Source: Ginglymostoma cirratum
Taxonomy: Eukaryota
DNA length: 64,000 bases
NCBI GenBank assembly: GCA_024137785.1
Contig: JAHRHZ010000018.1
Location: 37,811,770 to 37,875,769, forward strand
Reading direction: 5' to 3'
Shown here: positions 11,818 through 25,692 of the stretch, piece by piece
Position numbering within the stretch: position 1 is the stretch's first letter
Layout of the letters: each line of letters opens with the position of its first letter
Notes under the pieces: generated by a model
Database searches by the model: none
Told to the model about the DNA's origin: nothing
Seen by the model: the letters and a program-made list of their open reading frames with translations, nothing else
Program-made: the position numbers and the translations under genes

Positions 11818-13965
11818 GTATAATTTATTTCCCTTCTTGGAAGAGGTAGCGGGATGAAATAAAGCATGTGTTTTATCGTAACATTTCCTTTGTTTTTTGT
11901 GTATATCAGGTCTGGTATGACTAAAAGTCTGAGATGCCTTCCTCGACCATCTCTCTTTCTCTTTCCAATCTGGATGTTGAGTTTGGGAGCAGGTTGTGGC
12001 TTAGATAAGGGTTAAGATAAATACTCCCGTTTCTCTATCCCACAATTGAAGTTATAAGAAGCTATCAGTCTGGTCTGTTCAGACCTCAATCCTTTTTCAA
12101 TACTCTTCCCTTTACCTAAAGACAATGTCACTGTAGCTTCCCACTCTGGCTCATCTTCAGGACTCAACATGCAATTGAAAGGAATTAACAATCAGCTTCA
12201 GCTGAGTATTTTAGAAATGGGAACTGTCAGATTCCAACAGCTGAGCATTGATAAATGCTCTAGACAATTTGAACTGACCAAGAGCTGGGTGAGGGTTAAA
12301 ATTGCTCCCAAAGTTTCAGTTCTTGCATGTGTTCATTATCTCATGTTTATGTTGCAAGGTCTGAGAAATAGTTCTAAAACTTCAGCACTTGGAGTCCAGC
12401 TGCAATGTTCAAGTGGTGCCTTTTATTATGCATACAGGGAACCAACACTGGGCATTCCAGGTGCTTCTCCACCAAGGTTCAAATGAACAAAGTTTATTTA
12501 TGTTTTCATTATCAGTTACGAGTTAATGGTATTAAGTAGGCAAAGGCCACAAGGCAGTGGGTTCTGGTGGGTTAATAATTGTGTTCCTGTGTGCAGGGTC
12601 TTGGTATTGTTCCTATGGGAGACAGTAAAGAATGTGTGTATATCCTTCATAAAAGCTTTATAGGGTAAACCACTGACAATGGCCTTCTCTATTTCTTAAT
12701 TAGGTTATCCTATGCATTGTTTTTGTGTTTTCCATTTGTTAATCGAATTACCCTGCATTGTTGTTTGTGTAGGCTCTGGCACCCTAGCTGCTGGTCCTGG
12801 CTGGCTCTCCAAATCCACATTTTGCATTTTCAATGTACCTTTCAAAGGGGATAGTTTACAGAGGTATTTGATTTGATCAATAAAGATAGGAGGAATAATA
12901 TCTTGACATTTGAAATATGCCCATGGTGTTCACATTATATAAACTAGCCCATAGATAGCACCCATTATACAAGCTTACCTCCATTGGGCTTTTTTCCTTC
13001 TGCAAATACCTCAAAGAGCAGACAAACCTAATGTTTACATTTTATTTATACTCATCAATTTTAATTACTGGTCCTCCTGATTACTGCCACTATTTAAAAA
13101 AAATCTTCTGCAACAATCAAATGATAGTGCTTTTTGCAGAGATTTTGCTGCATCACTTTGATTATTTTTAATACCTCACATCATTTTCTCATATTTGAAT
13201 CTTGTTTGTAGTTTGGCATTAAAAAAATCGGGAAGTTGAGGTCTGTCATATTAAGCCATCCCTATATGAAAACACAGGTCCTGACATGCCAGTTGAGGAG
13301 GACAGCAGCTTGAGAGCAGGAGAAGGAATTGTTTGTTGGGAGCAAAGAGCCACCAACAGCTTGGATGCTCTTGGAAAGCAACAATGTGCTTAACACCAAG
13401 TGTGCTGACACACTCTCTGAAAAGTCTGCAGTGCACCCTCAATACCTTTAGGTACAGCCATGATATATGTGTGGTACAGTGAAGGAAGGAGTAATTTGAC
13501 AGGTAAGCAACATTGCCAGATAAAGAGAGTGGGTTGCTGACCACAACAAGGTCATGTGTACATTAGTAAAGGCTGCGGATGCCATGATGACAGCTAGGAC
13601 AGTGGTCTTCTCTGTGAGGGGAGGAGTTGAACAGTATCAATGTTAAGTCTGCCCCCAGCTGAGCTTTATTCCTGTATACTTCATGATTCCTGGAGAGAGG
13701 GCAAAGGTTCAAGGTGCAAATCAGGCTAAAATATTTGCAGATCAACAAGGAACAATGGAAATGAGGAGAAATGAAGTGGCTCAAATATTTGTCAATTATT
13801 AGTGACAGGAGCAACGTGTTGAATTGGTGCAGCATGTTGGCTTACATCCGAAGGACAGAACATCATCAATCACAATATTCTGTTGTGGAGGGGTTGAGAG
13901 AGACAATCTGTGGAGGAAGAAAACACTGAGAGGCTGCAGAAGCAGAGAGTGAGAATCTCTCCCCA

Positions 13966-13993
13966 CTCTCTCTCTCTCTCACACACACACACA
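13966..13993. repeat. (CT)n(CA)n compound microsatellite
   Basis: Directly visible. Confidence 0.9.
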
Positions 13994-16900
13994 TTGAATG
14001 GAAAGAGGGGTTAGAGTGGGGGTTGCAGATAACAGCAATTGAGAGAAATCTTTCTTTTCCAGTGTGCTCTGGCATTGTTAGGGAATGATTGTCAATGTTA
14101 CAAATCAGCACTTCTTCCAACTCACAGTGAGCAACACCACAGAAGATCAATGAGTATTTACTGATGATTACCAAAACACAATCGTTCAAACTGCTTCTTA
14201 GTCTGGCGTTGTCAGTTTGGAATGTGTCATGTGGAAGCAGTTGGTGCTCATGGAACCATGGAAGATTAAAGCTGATAGGCATTCTCTAACGTAAATGCTT
14301 TCTTGTTGGCAAATCTTTATTAGTACGAAGATGGACTGCCAGCTGAAATTAAAGGTCACCTTCCAGTTTCTCTTGGGCTGTGACTTCATAAAAAAAAGTT
14401 ATGATTTGATTTCCCAAACACTCTTGAGAAGTTACTGATAATTTTTCTGATTGCCCTTGACACTTCGTTTATATATCATATCAGAAGACTGGTTGGTCTA
14501 ATCCAATTAGGATCAGCTTCTTTTCTCTTGTTCTTGCTTGGACTGATTGACAGGATCTTAACTGTCCTATCAGAAACGAGTGAACAGACAGAATAAAATG
14601 CTCTGAAGCCATTGCTCCTGAAATCCAAAACCTTGTTAGTACAGACAGCCAGGGATCCATCCACAGAACGACACAAAAACAGCAAACTTCAAGAGACAGA
14701 AAACAAGCTGCATTTTAACAGCTGAAACGCTGCTTGGAAAAAAATGATTATCATTCTCCGTACTAACCACATGATGGCAGCAAAAGGTTAGGCGTAACCT
14801 TCGTCTGTTCCTGAGTTAGAGGGAGAGAATGGGATTGTATTATTTTCAGCAAAAAAAACACTATAAACGAAAGCTTTTTGAAAATTGCTCAACATGAACA
14901 TTTACACGGAACAAATGTATAAAGAATGCTTAATGGGAGTTATAGGTTACTGTGAACATTTCCATCTTGTTTAGATTGTGATAATAATAGTAATAGTTTT
15001 CTTGCTTCAATTTCCCATGGTCTTTCCACAGAGGTTTGTTGTTTCCTTGCAGTTTCCTTTATTCCAAAGTGCTGGGTGATTCAATCCATGAACTTCTTTT
15101 CTAATCAACTGCAACTGTATTCTGCAACTAGCGGACGTCTGCAGACTGTGGAACTTCCTGTCTTCAAGGTAAAGCAAGCTACGGCGGTCAGTGGCCGGTA
15201 TAAAATGTTTCGCCCAATTTTCGATGCATGTACCTCCCATCCTTAGACTGAGCTGTTCTGCAGGTGATGTTTCCCAGACCTCTGCCGATGCTGGTCCTGA
15301 GCCAGCTGCTGGGAGAGCTCAGGCCCAGGGTGATTTAATCTGCTCCCTTCGGACTGGTTCTCTCTCCCAGAGCGCAGCTGAGATCAGGAACTCAATGTCT
15401 GGAGAATCGCGTTGTTAACCCACATCCTGACAGACCATCATATTCTCAAATAGTGCCATCACCCACATTTTGATGTTCTTTTTAATTTTTCTTTGCCTGC
15501 ATGTTGCACTGTACAGTATGTTTTGCTGGGTACCCATACACTTTATGCCTTTATCAGTAATGGTCAGCTCCAGGACTAGTACTGCCAACATTTAGCCAGG
15601 TCTCTCTGTTGCCATAGCTAACCCTCCAGCAGACCCCTGTGCCCTGCCTGTTTGTCTGTCCAGTATTGTGAGCTTTTCTCGAAAAGTGTTTGTGAAGTTC
15701 AGTCTTCAGGCATGAATTTCCTATGGGATAATAATTGGGACATCCCACACAAAATTACACCAATTCATTTGCCAATATCAATTTATGCCTAAATTTACTC
15801 CTTCTCGCTAACATACACTGGAAAGTAAAATTTGGCATTCATTGGTGAAATTCAACACAGACAGTTGGGGCTCAAGGAAAGCGCAGAAATCAGGCTATAT
15901 ATGCCTTCTTTCAGTATGAAAATTAAAGTTTCAAACTAACCATCAATCATGTACGTTAAGCACAACATGTTCAAGAACTTGCAATCATGGAAGTTTGTAA
16001 CACTTTAATATGGCTTATTTTGAAGCCATGAAAAAAAATCCAAAGAAATAGAAAATGCAGTGCAGATCTCAGTGAGAAAATTTTAAAACAACATTTTTTA
16101 AACAATCATAATATGACATCAGAAAAATCATTTTGTTTCCTGCTGTGTCTAAAGTTCTGGATGTAATTTTACATCTGTTTTGAAGCTGTGTAATTGCAGG
16201 AAATTGACGCCTTTGCCTCTTTAGCTCTGGAGTACAGTCATGAGTTCAGAGCATTCAGGCGTTGTGATCAATAGACACGCATAGAAGATCAAGGAAATTT
16301 GGGTGCTGCGTTCTTACCTGCGTAATACAAGGGCCAAGCTTCCTCGATCATGTTTACCCAAGTATTTGCTTTATATCTGTCTATCTTTCTGAGAGGGTGC
16401 AAATGTACAGGAAATTTCACATGACTGAGGTTGTATTTTTTATTAGCATGTAAACTTCATTGAAAGGCAGTGAAATGTATCCCTCACTTATACTATAAAG
16501 TATATTTCTAAGCTTTCTGGATGATTTTGGTACTATTCCAACAGTCTGAGACCAAGGGTAAAATTTATTTTGAGCCTGTCATGTTCTGCAGATGCATTTT
16601 GGCCGAAATCCCACTTACACATGCAAACAAGGTTTCTGCCTAATTTCTGCTGAAGGTATGCAGCTGAAGCAGAAGAAACCCCAAGGAGATTCACTCCCTC
16701 TTCCTCAAATTGATCTAACAGCGTTTGCATTAGCTGAGTTGTATCAGACGGAGTTAACTTACTCCACTGTTCCCAGATCACATTCTCCCTGCGTAAACCT
16801 AAGTATCTTGGAACTGACTGTGAAGAAGGGGTGCCAAGTATTTTTTACATGAATAAAACTGCAGCTGATGCAAGCCTAACTGATACTTACATTGGGCATT

Positions 16901-17704
16901 TCAGGCCCACAACAAATATTCTTAGGTTGGGTAGCTTGGACCAGATGCAAATTAAACCTCCATCTGTCCTAATCTCAACTTCATAACAGCAGTCCTTACT
17001 GTACTAGTAAAAATGTTGTGACTTCTTTCCATGTGAAGGCAAATTTTATGACATATTCTGCTGAATTGTGACTTGTTCTCTAATATGAATTCACACGTCG
17101 TAGGACATGGATTGAAAAAGAACAACTCACTTTAGCCCTCTAGAAAATTGAAAGTTCATGATAGCTACCTCAATTGACTTGACCAACTCCCCTCACCCCA
17201 GTCCTATGGGCAAGTTCCTTGCCTGCATTTGGTTTGTTCCCATGTTAGCCTGGTTGTGAGCTGGTACTCACAATACAGCTCTTGGCTTATCTGAACCACA
17301 ATTGGTGTGTCAAAATCTTTATCTTGAAGATGAAAGCTCTTTAAAAATGGCATGTCTGACTCAATGTTTTCCAGTGTGGGCTGTTACTTGTAATGCATAG
17401 TGATGTATCTTTTATCTTCTTTACTGAATCCTCAGCAGAAAACTCACAGGCAGTGGTTCCTTGGAAAACAGTGTGAATTGCATGAGTATCCCAATCTGTG
17501 CACTTTTTCTGTCAATGCTGTTCTGAATGGTTCTGCAAGCATATTACCTTTTTATTGGAAACGTGTCCATGGATTGAAGATGCCTTGTGCTATCTCTCCA
17601 AAGGGACCATTGTTAATGCCTGAACTTTGACATTGAATGTTGGCTGACTATTTTAACATGGAATAAAAGCCATTTCAAATAGCAACCACATTGCTGTGGA
17701 TATT

Positions 17705-17990
17705 TTTCTCATTCATTTATGAGATGAGGGCATTGCCAGCTAGGCCAGCATTTATTGTCCATCCCTAATTGCCTCGAGAATGGTTAACGATTTAACCATG
17801 TTGCTGTGGGACTGGAGCCACATGTAAGCCAAACCAGGTAAGGGTAGCAGATTTCCTTTCCCAGAGTAGAGCGTTCAGTAAACTAGATAGGTCTTTATAA
17901 TAATTCATAACTGAAGATAGTTCTCAGTTCTCAATTCCAGGTTAATAGCCTGGACGTCTGGATCCAGTGAAAGTACCATGATGTCATAAC
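17705..17990 (-). mobile_element. Elasmobranch tRNA-derived SINE
   Basis: Reverse complement of the family seen at 33675-34015 (ggccagcatttattgtccatccctaattgcc). Confidence 0.75.
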
Positions 17991-18894
17991 CTCCTGCTCC
18001 AGGTCTATGGCTATGGTGCAGAAGTTCCAGTTAATTGTTTTCTGCCAAGTAAATGTGACAATGATAACTTTCTTCATCCCATCCCAGTTGAAATAATCAA
18101 AATTAGCACAGATTATGATCTAAACTGGATGTCCATCTAGGTCCGCCTATGACCCAATTAATAAATCACTGGGAAATCACATCCCTTGAGTCATTACAGA
18201 TGTACAAACTACTTAAGAGAGAATCACTATCAAATATTACAAGTTACCACTTCTTCTTTAAAAGATAGTCCCTGAGAACACAGTCTGCTGTGCAAAACTG
18301 AAACCTACAAATATTATGCTTTTCTGTTTGTGTATGAAACCCACTTAGAACTAGGAGGGCACAAAAGCAAAATATGTTGATGCTGCAAATCTGAAATCTG
18401 ACAAGCCTGGGGGAGCGAGAAACAGAGTTAGCATTTCAGATTGATGACCTTTCACAAACTGAAATTGTAACTTACTTTTTCTCTCTCCACAGATTACATA
18501 CTCTCTTCCATCCTCTTCCGTTAGGCAGAAGACATAAAAGTTGGAATACACGTCCGAACAGATTCAAGAACAGCTTCTTCCCTGCTATTATCAGATTTTT
18601 GAACAGACCTCCCAAATGTTAATTTTGATCTCTGTCTCTGTCTCTCTCTCTCACACTCTCTGCACCTTCACATAGTTTGCACGCCTGTAATGACTCAAGG
18701 GATGTGATTTCCCAGTGATTTATTAACTGGGTCATAGGCTGACCTAGATGGATGTCCAGTTTTGATCATAGTCTGTGCTGATTTTGATTATTTCAACTGG
18801 GATGGGATGAAGAAAGTTATCATTGTCACATTTACTTGGCAGAAAACAATTAACTGGAATTTCTGTACCACAGCCATGCACCTGGAGCGTGAGG
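17990..18894. repeat. Inverted duplication, arms 17990-18211 and 18673-18894, ~93% identical
   Basis: Hand alignment of 17996-18211 with the reverse complement of 18673-18888 gives about 15 mismatches in 216 bp and no indels. Confidence 0.95.
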
Positions 18895-19028
18895 GAACAC
18901 TCAGCTGTAACACTGTATTCTGCACTCTTTTCTGATGCACTTTCTATGGTACGATCTGTCTGTGGAGCATGCAAAACAACATTTTTCACTGTGTATTGGT
19001 ACATGTGAGAACAATAAATCAAATCAAA
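18505..19028 (+). mobile_element. Rex1/Babar-type LINE 3' end, interrupted by the inverted copy
   Basis: Encodes FHPLPLGRRHKSWNTRPNRFKNSFFPAIIRFLN; the 3'UTR ends aataaatcaaatcaaa. Confidence 0.75.
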
Positions 19029-19319
19029 AAACCTGCTGAGTAAAACCAGATGAGCACTGATCTGATTATTTGATAGTGATCTTTGAATTCAGCAAGTCAT
19101 TACACTGAGGAGTTGTGGCACCAATATCTGGGCAGGTTGTCACTGTTATTACAGCTAGGCCTCTAGAAAAACCCATGGCCATAATTGTTTATCAATACAT
19201 TATCGTGAGTTTTATGTGAGAAGTGTGTGCCAAATTCAATCAAGGATGGAATTTTCTGGGAACGTAATTGGGAAGTTTTGAAATTATTTGATTCCCTTAT
19301 TTGGAATATGCATGTTATT

Positions 19320-19692
19320 GGGAGAGGTGGCAGTTTAGTGACATTGTTGGTGAGTTTGTAATTCAAGGTCCCAGGTCAGTGCTGTGTTGGCATGGATTAA
19401 AATCCTACCATGGCAGATGGTGGAATTTGTGTTCAATAAGAAATGAAACTAAAAAAAAAGTTTCTCTAATCGCGACCATGTAACTATTGCTGAGTGTCAT
19501 AAAAAGCCCTATCTGGTGCACTAATGGCCTTTAGGGAAGGAAATCTGCCATACTCACTTGATCTGGCTGTATATGTGACCCACAGAAATGTGGTGAACAG
19601 CATAGACAGTCAACCAGCTTAAGGGCCATTAGGGATGGACAAAAAAAAATGCTGGCCCTGCCAGTGATACCCACATCCCATGTAAGAATTTT
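19320..19692 (+). mobile_element. Elasmobranch tRNA-derived SINE
   Basis: catggcagatggtggaattt...tttagggaaggaaatctgcc...ccagtgatacccacatccc. Confidence 0.8.
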
Positions 19693-19957
19693 TTTTAAAA
19701 TTCCAAGTATTATTTATTTAATTTGTAGTTTGATATGTAGAGTGTCTTACATATTTTAAAAGTCAAATTGAAGTTAGAGTTCCTTCCATTCGGGACTGCA
19801 GGTTCTTGTGTAAGCCCATTTAAGAACCATGTTTGGATCCAGATATTGATCATGTAAATCTCTTCACTGTCCAACTGATGTTATTTAGCAGAACAGCCAA
19901 GTTCTCCAAACTGAATTCAACCCTATTATTTCACTTCCAGGCGGGGTATTGTCATGA

Positions 19958-20160
19958 AAACAAAATGTGCTGGAGCAAATCAGCAGATCTGGAAGCATCA
20001 GTGGAAAGAGAAACAGATCTGATGTTTTGAGACAATGGTTTGGAATAGTCCAAATGTTAAATCTGATTCTCTCTCTACAGTTGCTGCCAGACCTGCTGAG
20101 TTTCTCCACCACTCCTGGCTTTCTTTCAGATCTCCAGCATCCACAGTATTTTACTTTCAT
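19958..20160. mobile_element. Penelope-derived foldback element, degenerate
   Basis: Arms tgctggagcaaatcagcagatctggaagcatc / gttgctgccagacctgctgagtttctccacca. Confidence 0.7.
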
Positions 20161-20469
20161 TTGGGTATTGTCATAGTTTGATATGGTTCCCTCAAAATCA
20201 AAACATGTTCCCTATTCTAAATCTATCACCCTAAAATGACAGTATATGGTAAAATATTATTCCTGGAATTGAATCTGAGACTGGAGGTGAATGATACTGT
20301 CATGTAGGCCTGGACTCCCCTTTAGCTGCACGGTTACTGCCTTGTTTTGGATTTTGGAGCCAAAGTGGAAGTAGTTCTCTATCACTAGTTTCAGCAAAAT
20401 ATGCTAATTCTGGTCAAATTATCACAATTAAATAAAAAAAAGGAATAAAAGATATCGCTGCTTTTTAAA

Positions 20470-22330
20470 AGTCTACCAACTTCCACAGTGGTACTTGAAC
20501 TTAAATTTAAGAATTTACAGCCTTCTGGACTCAACCCACAGTTTGACAACTTTTGATCATAACCTCTGTGTCCATTTTATTCTTTCTTGTTCTTTGTTGG
20601 GTTGATCTTGTCCTTTTTTTCCTTAATGTCTCATTCAGATTTCTTTAGTATGTAGCAATTTATGCCTCACTGTATTCCTGCCACTCGCTTTGAATGTTGC
20701 ATTATGAAATCTTATGATCCCTAGTCCAGCCTAAACTCTACCCTATTACAGACCTTCCTCTTTGTTCTTCCTGCCCACCAGCACCATCCCCTCCCCCACC
20801 ACACCTCCACCCAACCACCTTTGCTGGCTTAAAAACTTTTACATTTCTTTCTTCAGTTTTCAGAAGAGGTCACTGACTTAAAACATTAACTCCATTTTTC
20901 GCCAGATGCTACTGATCTGCTGAGCTTTTCCAACATTCTTGTTCTTATTTCAGATTTGTAGTATCTGCAGTATTTTGATTTTGAATTAGGCCATTTGTCT
21001 GGTCCAAAACAGGATTTCAAGTCCTACTAATGTGATCACCAGCTTTTCCAGTGGAATAACATTTCGACAGATAATGTTTCAGTTATTTGTAAGGATACCC
21101 TCTACACTAATATTCATGGTCTTTACCTCCTACTGTTTTGGCTCAAGCCCATTGTGTAATTGATCAATTGCCAGTAGTCAAAGATGATGTTGTTGTTTTG
21201 GACACTGACTGCTACCTATTGGAAACTGTCAAATCATTGTAACCTATTGTGTTCCCCTGGACCATGACTAACACCACCATCCCGAACTGGAAAATTTCAT
21301 CCTGTTTGTTGACAAACTTCCTCCTTTCCCTCACCTGGTCAAATGATCCAACTGCAACTCTTCCCTTCCATTAATTCCATAACATCACGATCTCGAATTC
21401 TGGAGATAAGTTGTCAACAAATATTCTTCAGTAGCCCAGTTACTCGCACATTAACTTGGATATACTTCTTCCAACCCTGCTTCCTGCAATGACTCTATCC
21501 CATTCTTTCAGCTTTTGTTTCTGTCACATCTGTTCTGAAGATGTCATGTTTCATATCAATGCTCCTGATAGGTCTTCCTTTCTTCTTAATTGAAGAATCA
21601 CCACCATTATGGTTAACACGTTCCTTGACTATGTTCCATTTCCTGTATGTGTGCTCTCACCCCTCACTCTTGCTTCCAACATCACGACAGGGTTCCGTTT
21701 GCCTTTCACTTCCACCCTCAACCTGATTAATCAAGTTACTCACAGCATTAGTGACAACCGCACATCTGTCAGGACTGTACCATCCTGTCATACAGCTTTT
21801 GACACATACCCTCTAATACTGTACCCACAATACTAAATTGATCATCCTCTGCCACTTCTACCACCTTAAGCATGTTGCCACTACTTAAGATATTGTCGCA
21901 CAATGAGAGTCACATAAATTATGACGACATGACTCTGACATCATTAAGACAGAGGATACCAGTCTAGAATAAGTAAGTGAAGAAAGAGATCTTAGTGCAG
22001 CGGAGAACTGTATTTGAGAACCTGCCATGAACAGATATAAGTAAAGGCATGTTACAGTACATAAAGAACTTAAGATCCTTACATAGTGAGAAGGAACAAG
22101 CAGCCTCAAGGGGCAGCTTATGTCTAGGTCCACACAGCCCAGATACTCCAGACTGGCAAGTCAATGTACAGGTAGCAGGACTTCCTTAAGACACAAATAA
22201 ACCTGATACATTCCCTTACCCTCCCCTTCAAAGGAAAAGTTCTTTCTGAAGCATCATGTTCCACTCTGCAATCACTCCCAAAACCTCCTCCACTTGCTAT
22301 AGCATCTGCCCATGCAAGTGCAGACAAGAC
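20470..22330 (+). mobile_element. Scattered Penelope RT/EN and pLTR fragments
   Basis: 21395-21560 encodes a degenerate SGDKLSTNI...YTSSNPASCNDSIPF..F...HICSED, the Penelope RT C-terminal motif. A pLTR-like end is at 20860-20985. Confidence 0.65.
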
Positions 22331-22994
22331 TGTAGCATAGCTAGTGTAACTGCCCTAGTAATATCAGGTGGGTTAACTTCCTGAAGTCATGGATTCAAGT
22401 ACCATTGTGGAAGCTGGTAGAATTATCTAATAAATAAATTAGACTAATCTAATAAATAAATCTGGAATTGAAAGCTGGTGTCGCCATCAACTGAAATCAT
22501 GTCCCCAATTAATGTGTGGGAAAATTTGGGGGAGTGGTACCAATTCTCAAATCATTTTAAATTTACTCTGGATTGCAGACAACAAACACCAAGCCAGAAT
22601 CCTTAATACTTCACTTTGAAAAATAATAATTGCAATTTAATAAATGACATTGTATTAGATATTCTATTCACGGTCAATTGGGAGAAAAATATTTTCATAA
22701 AAACGCAATGCAGAACTTTGATGTTAATTTGTACATAGATTTCCAAATTTCAAATTATTTTTTGAAAATGCTACCAGTTTATTACTTGCAACTTTTAGCA
22801 GTTGCTAACCAAATGATTTCTCGTGAGGTCAGCTTTTCATCAATGAATTTACTTTGTTATGTAGGCTGAATTTGACATTTTACAGTACGGTAAGGGAGGC
22901 AGAATCGCTTGCTCCTGTCCCTCCCATCACAGCTTGTCATCTACACTGTCACTCGCGCCCCCATTTGCCAACCCAATCTCAAAGATAAGCAGAG

Positions 22995-23300
22995 AAGGTA
23001 GTGTAGTGGTAACATCACTAGACTAGTAACCCAGAGACCCACATTAATGCTCTGGGGACATGGATTCCAATCTAACCATGGGAGCTGGTGGAAAGTACAT
23101 TCAATGATGTTAATAAATATGATGAATAAATCCTTGTGTATATTTAAAGCTTAAACAGATTTTTGATCAGTAGTGGAATCAAGGATTATGGGGAAAGTGC
23201 AGGAAAGGGAATGTGGGGAATGTTGGATCAGTTGTGATCTTATTGAATAGTGGAGCTCTGAAGGCCAAATGACCTGTTCCTGTTTCTATTTCTTATGGAA
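22995..23300 (+). mobile_element. SINE head (22995-23110) and CR1 3' end (23140-23300)
   Basis: Matches the SINE family head at 33675; ggaatcaaggattatgggg...gacctgttcctgtttctatttcttatg is a CR1 tail. Confidence 0.65.
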
Positions 23301-23329
23301 TTGAAACCACCCATAAATAAAGGGGAATC

Positions 23330-24830
23330 CCATTGTTTTCTGTAGTACATCAAGAGTAAAGGAGGATTAGGGCCTGTAGATATCAAAATTGAAAAATGGC
23401 TGTTATGTAAAATAAATATTTTGCATCTGAGTTTACCAAGGAGGTAGATGCTGTGGTGACAGAGGAGGAAGCTTTGTCACTTGAAGCATTCAAAATTGAA
23501 TGGAGATAGTGCTGGATAGGTTATCAAGTTGATAAGGTACCACGACCAGATGAGATGTATGCAAGGTTACTGGACGAAGTGAAAGTGGAAGTTTCAGGGA
23601 TACTGTCCATAATCTTTCAGTCTTCTTTAGACCCAGGGGAAGTGCAGAAGATTGCAGACATTACACTTTTGTTCAATAAAGAGTGTAAAGGTAAGCCCAT
23701 TGAGGACAGACCAGTCAGTTTCACTTCAATACTTCTACAGACAAGTAGCTGGGAGAGAATTAGCAGTCACACTGAAACAGTGGGTTGTTCAGGGAGAGGC
23801 AGCATGAATTTCTAAATAAGGAATTGCGTTTGATTAACAACATGATGAAGTTTTTTGAAGAAGGAAATGAATGAGTTGATGGGGATAATGCTGTTGATGT
23901 GGTATACATGGCGTTTCAAAAGTATTCAATACAGTGCCACAGATTTGCGAGACAGGTCAAAGCTCATAGAACAAACAAGACAGTAGCAATGTGGATACAA
24001 AATTGGCTGAGGAGGAGGAAACAGAGATCAATGGATACATATTGTAGGAGATTTTGTAGTGGAATTTCACAGGGGTCGATTTTTGGACCTTGTTTTTCTT
24101 GATACATATGTGATCTAAAATTTGGTGTGCATGGGACAACTTCAGAATTTACAGATGATACAAAACTTGATAGCATTTTAAACTATGAAGAGGACAGTGT
24201 GGAACTCCAAATGACTTAGACCAAGGTGAGGTGGGCAGATTGATGGCAGATGACATTCAATGTGGAGAAATGGGAGGTAGTCTATTTTGTACTAAAACAT
24301 GGTATAAAATAGGGAGTACAATTCTAAAGAGGATACAAGAGCAGAGAGACAACTGTATATGTGCACAGATCACTGAAGGTGGCAGGACAAGTGGAGAGAG
24401 CCGTTAATAACACGTGCAGTCTTCTCAACTTTATTAATAGAGACTTAGAGTACAAGAGCAAGGAGGTGATATTGAGCTTGTATAAAATACTTGTTAGACC
24501 TCAGCTATAATATTGTGCACAGTTCTGGTGATCCGGTGTATAGGAAGAATGTGAATGCATTGGAGAGAGGGTTTATGAATCCATTCCCAGCAATGAGAAG
24601 CTTCTGGTATGAGGTTAGATTGGAGAAGTTAGAACTGTCCTCCTTGGTGAAAGAAAAGGTAAGAATAAATTTGACAGGTTTCAAAATCATAAGGAGGCTG
24701 GATAGAGTAGATAGGGAGAAACCGTTCTGGATCATAAAGGATTGTGAGTGAGAGAGCACAGGTTTAATGTGTTGCACAAAATTAGCAAGTGTGAAATCAA
24801 ACAAAGCTTTTTCACACCGTGAGTGGTCCA
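23330..24830 (+). mobile_element. Degenerate CR1 ORF2 (reverse transcriptase) fragment
   Basis: IIFQSSLDPGEV, RPVSFTS, VDVVYMAFQK, SGISQGSIFGP and FTDDTKL motifs across frameshifts. Confidence 0.9.
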
Positions 24831-25371
24831 CATAGCTGGACAGTTGTCGTAAAATGCTCCCAAATATTTTCACAGCTGACACCCAAAAAATGTAGGGAGA
24901 AATGAAAAGTTAGGTTGTCACAGAAGTTTACAGCTCGTTAATTAGTGATTTCAAAACGACAGGTTTCCAATTTCCACGCCTGCTCACCTCCTTTAATATT
25001 GGATACTGGTGTGACAACTTTGCACTGGCAAATTGGTGTCAATTTCACCAGTGTTAAGCTCACAGTGGTGGCATGTGGTAGCAGTGGTTGGGTGGGGGTG
25101 TTGGGGGAGGTACATGGGATGTTGGCAGGCGTAGTTTATGGACATAAATTCTAGCCCCACATGACAGCCTAATAGGTGTTCACTGAAAAAAAAGCTGCAT
25201 CTACAAAAAGTCTCAAAGTGTTTCAGTACAATCTAAAGTGCAATGACAGAAATGAAATGTGTTTGAATTATCTTAATAGCCAGTTACTGATGTTACTTTC
25301 ATAGCCCGTATGGAAGATAGTGTCAGAAGATGCAAAAGTCTCTGTTGCAGTTCAGTGTATTTTCCAAATTC

Positions 25372-25692
25372 TAAGATTCATTCACAGGATGAGAGCATCA
25401 CTAGCTATTGCCCATCCCCAATTACTCAGGGGGCAGTTAAGAGTCAACCACATTGCTGTGTGTCTGGAGACACATGTAGGTCAGAACAGGTGAGGATGGC
25501 AGATTTCCTGAACCAGATGGGATTTTCCTCAGCAGCGGTCACCACTTAAGAGTCATCACATCCAGCCTTAATTCCAGAATTCAAATTCCACTATCTGCCA
25601 TGGCAGGACATGATCCCAGGTCCCTCGAACATTACCTGGGGGTCTCTGAATTAACAGTCCAGTGATTATACCACGAGGCCATTGCTTTCCCT
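25372..25692 (-). mobile_element. Elasmobranch tRNA-derived SINE
   Basis: Reverse complement of the 33675-34015 family. Confidence 0.8.

Noticed and set aside
13250-13960. Possible further transposon coding relic
   Set aside because: Composition looks repeat-like but I could not read any diagnostic motif.
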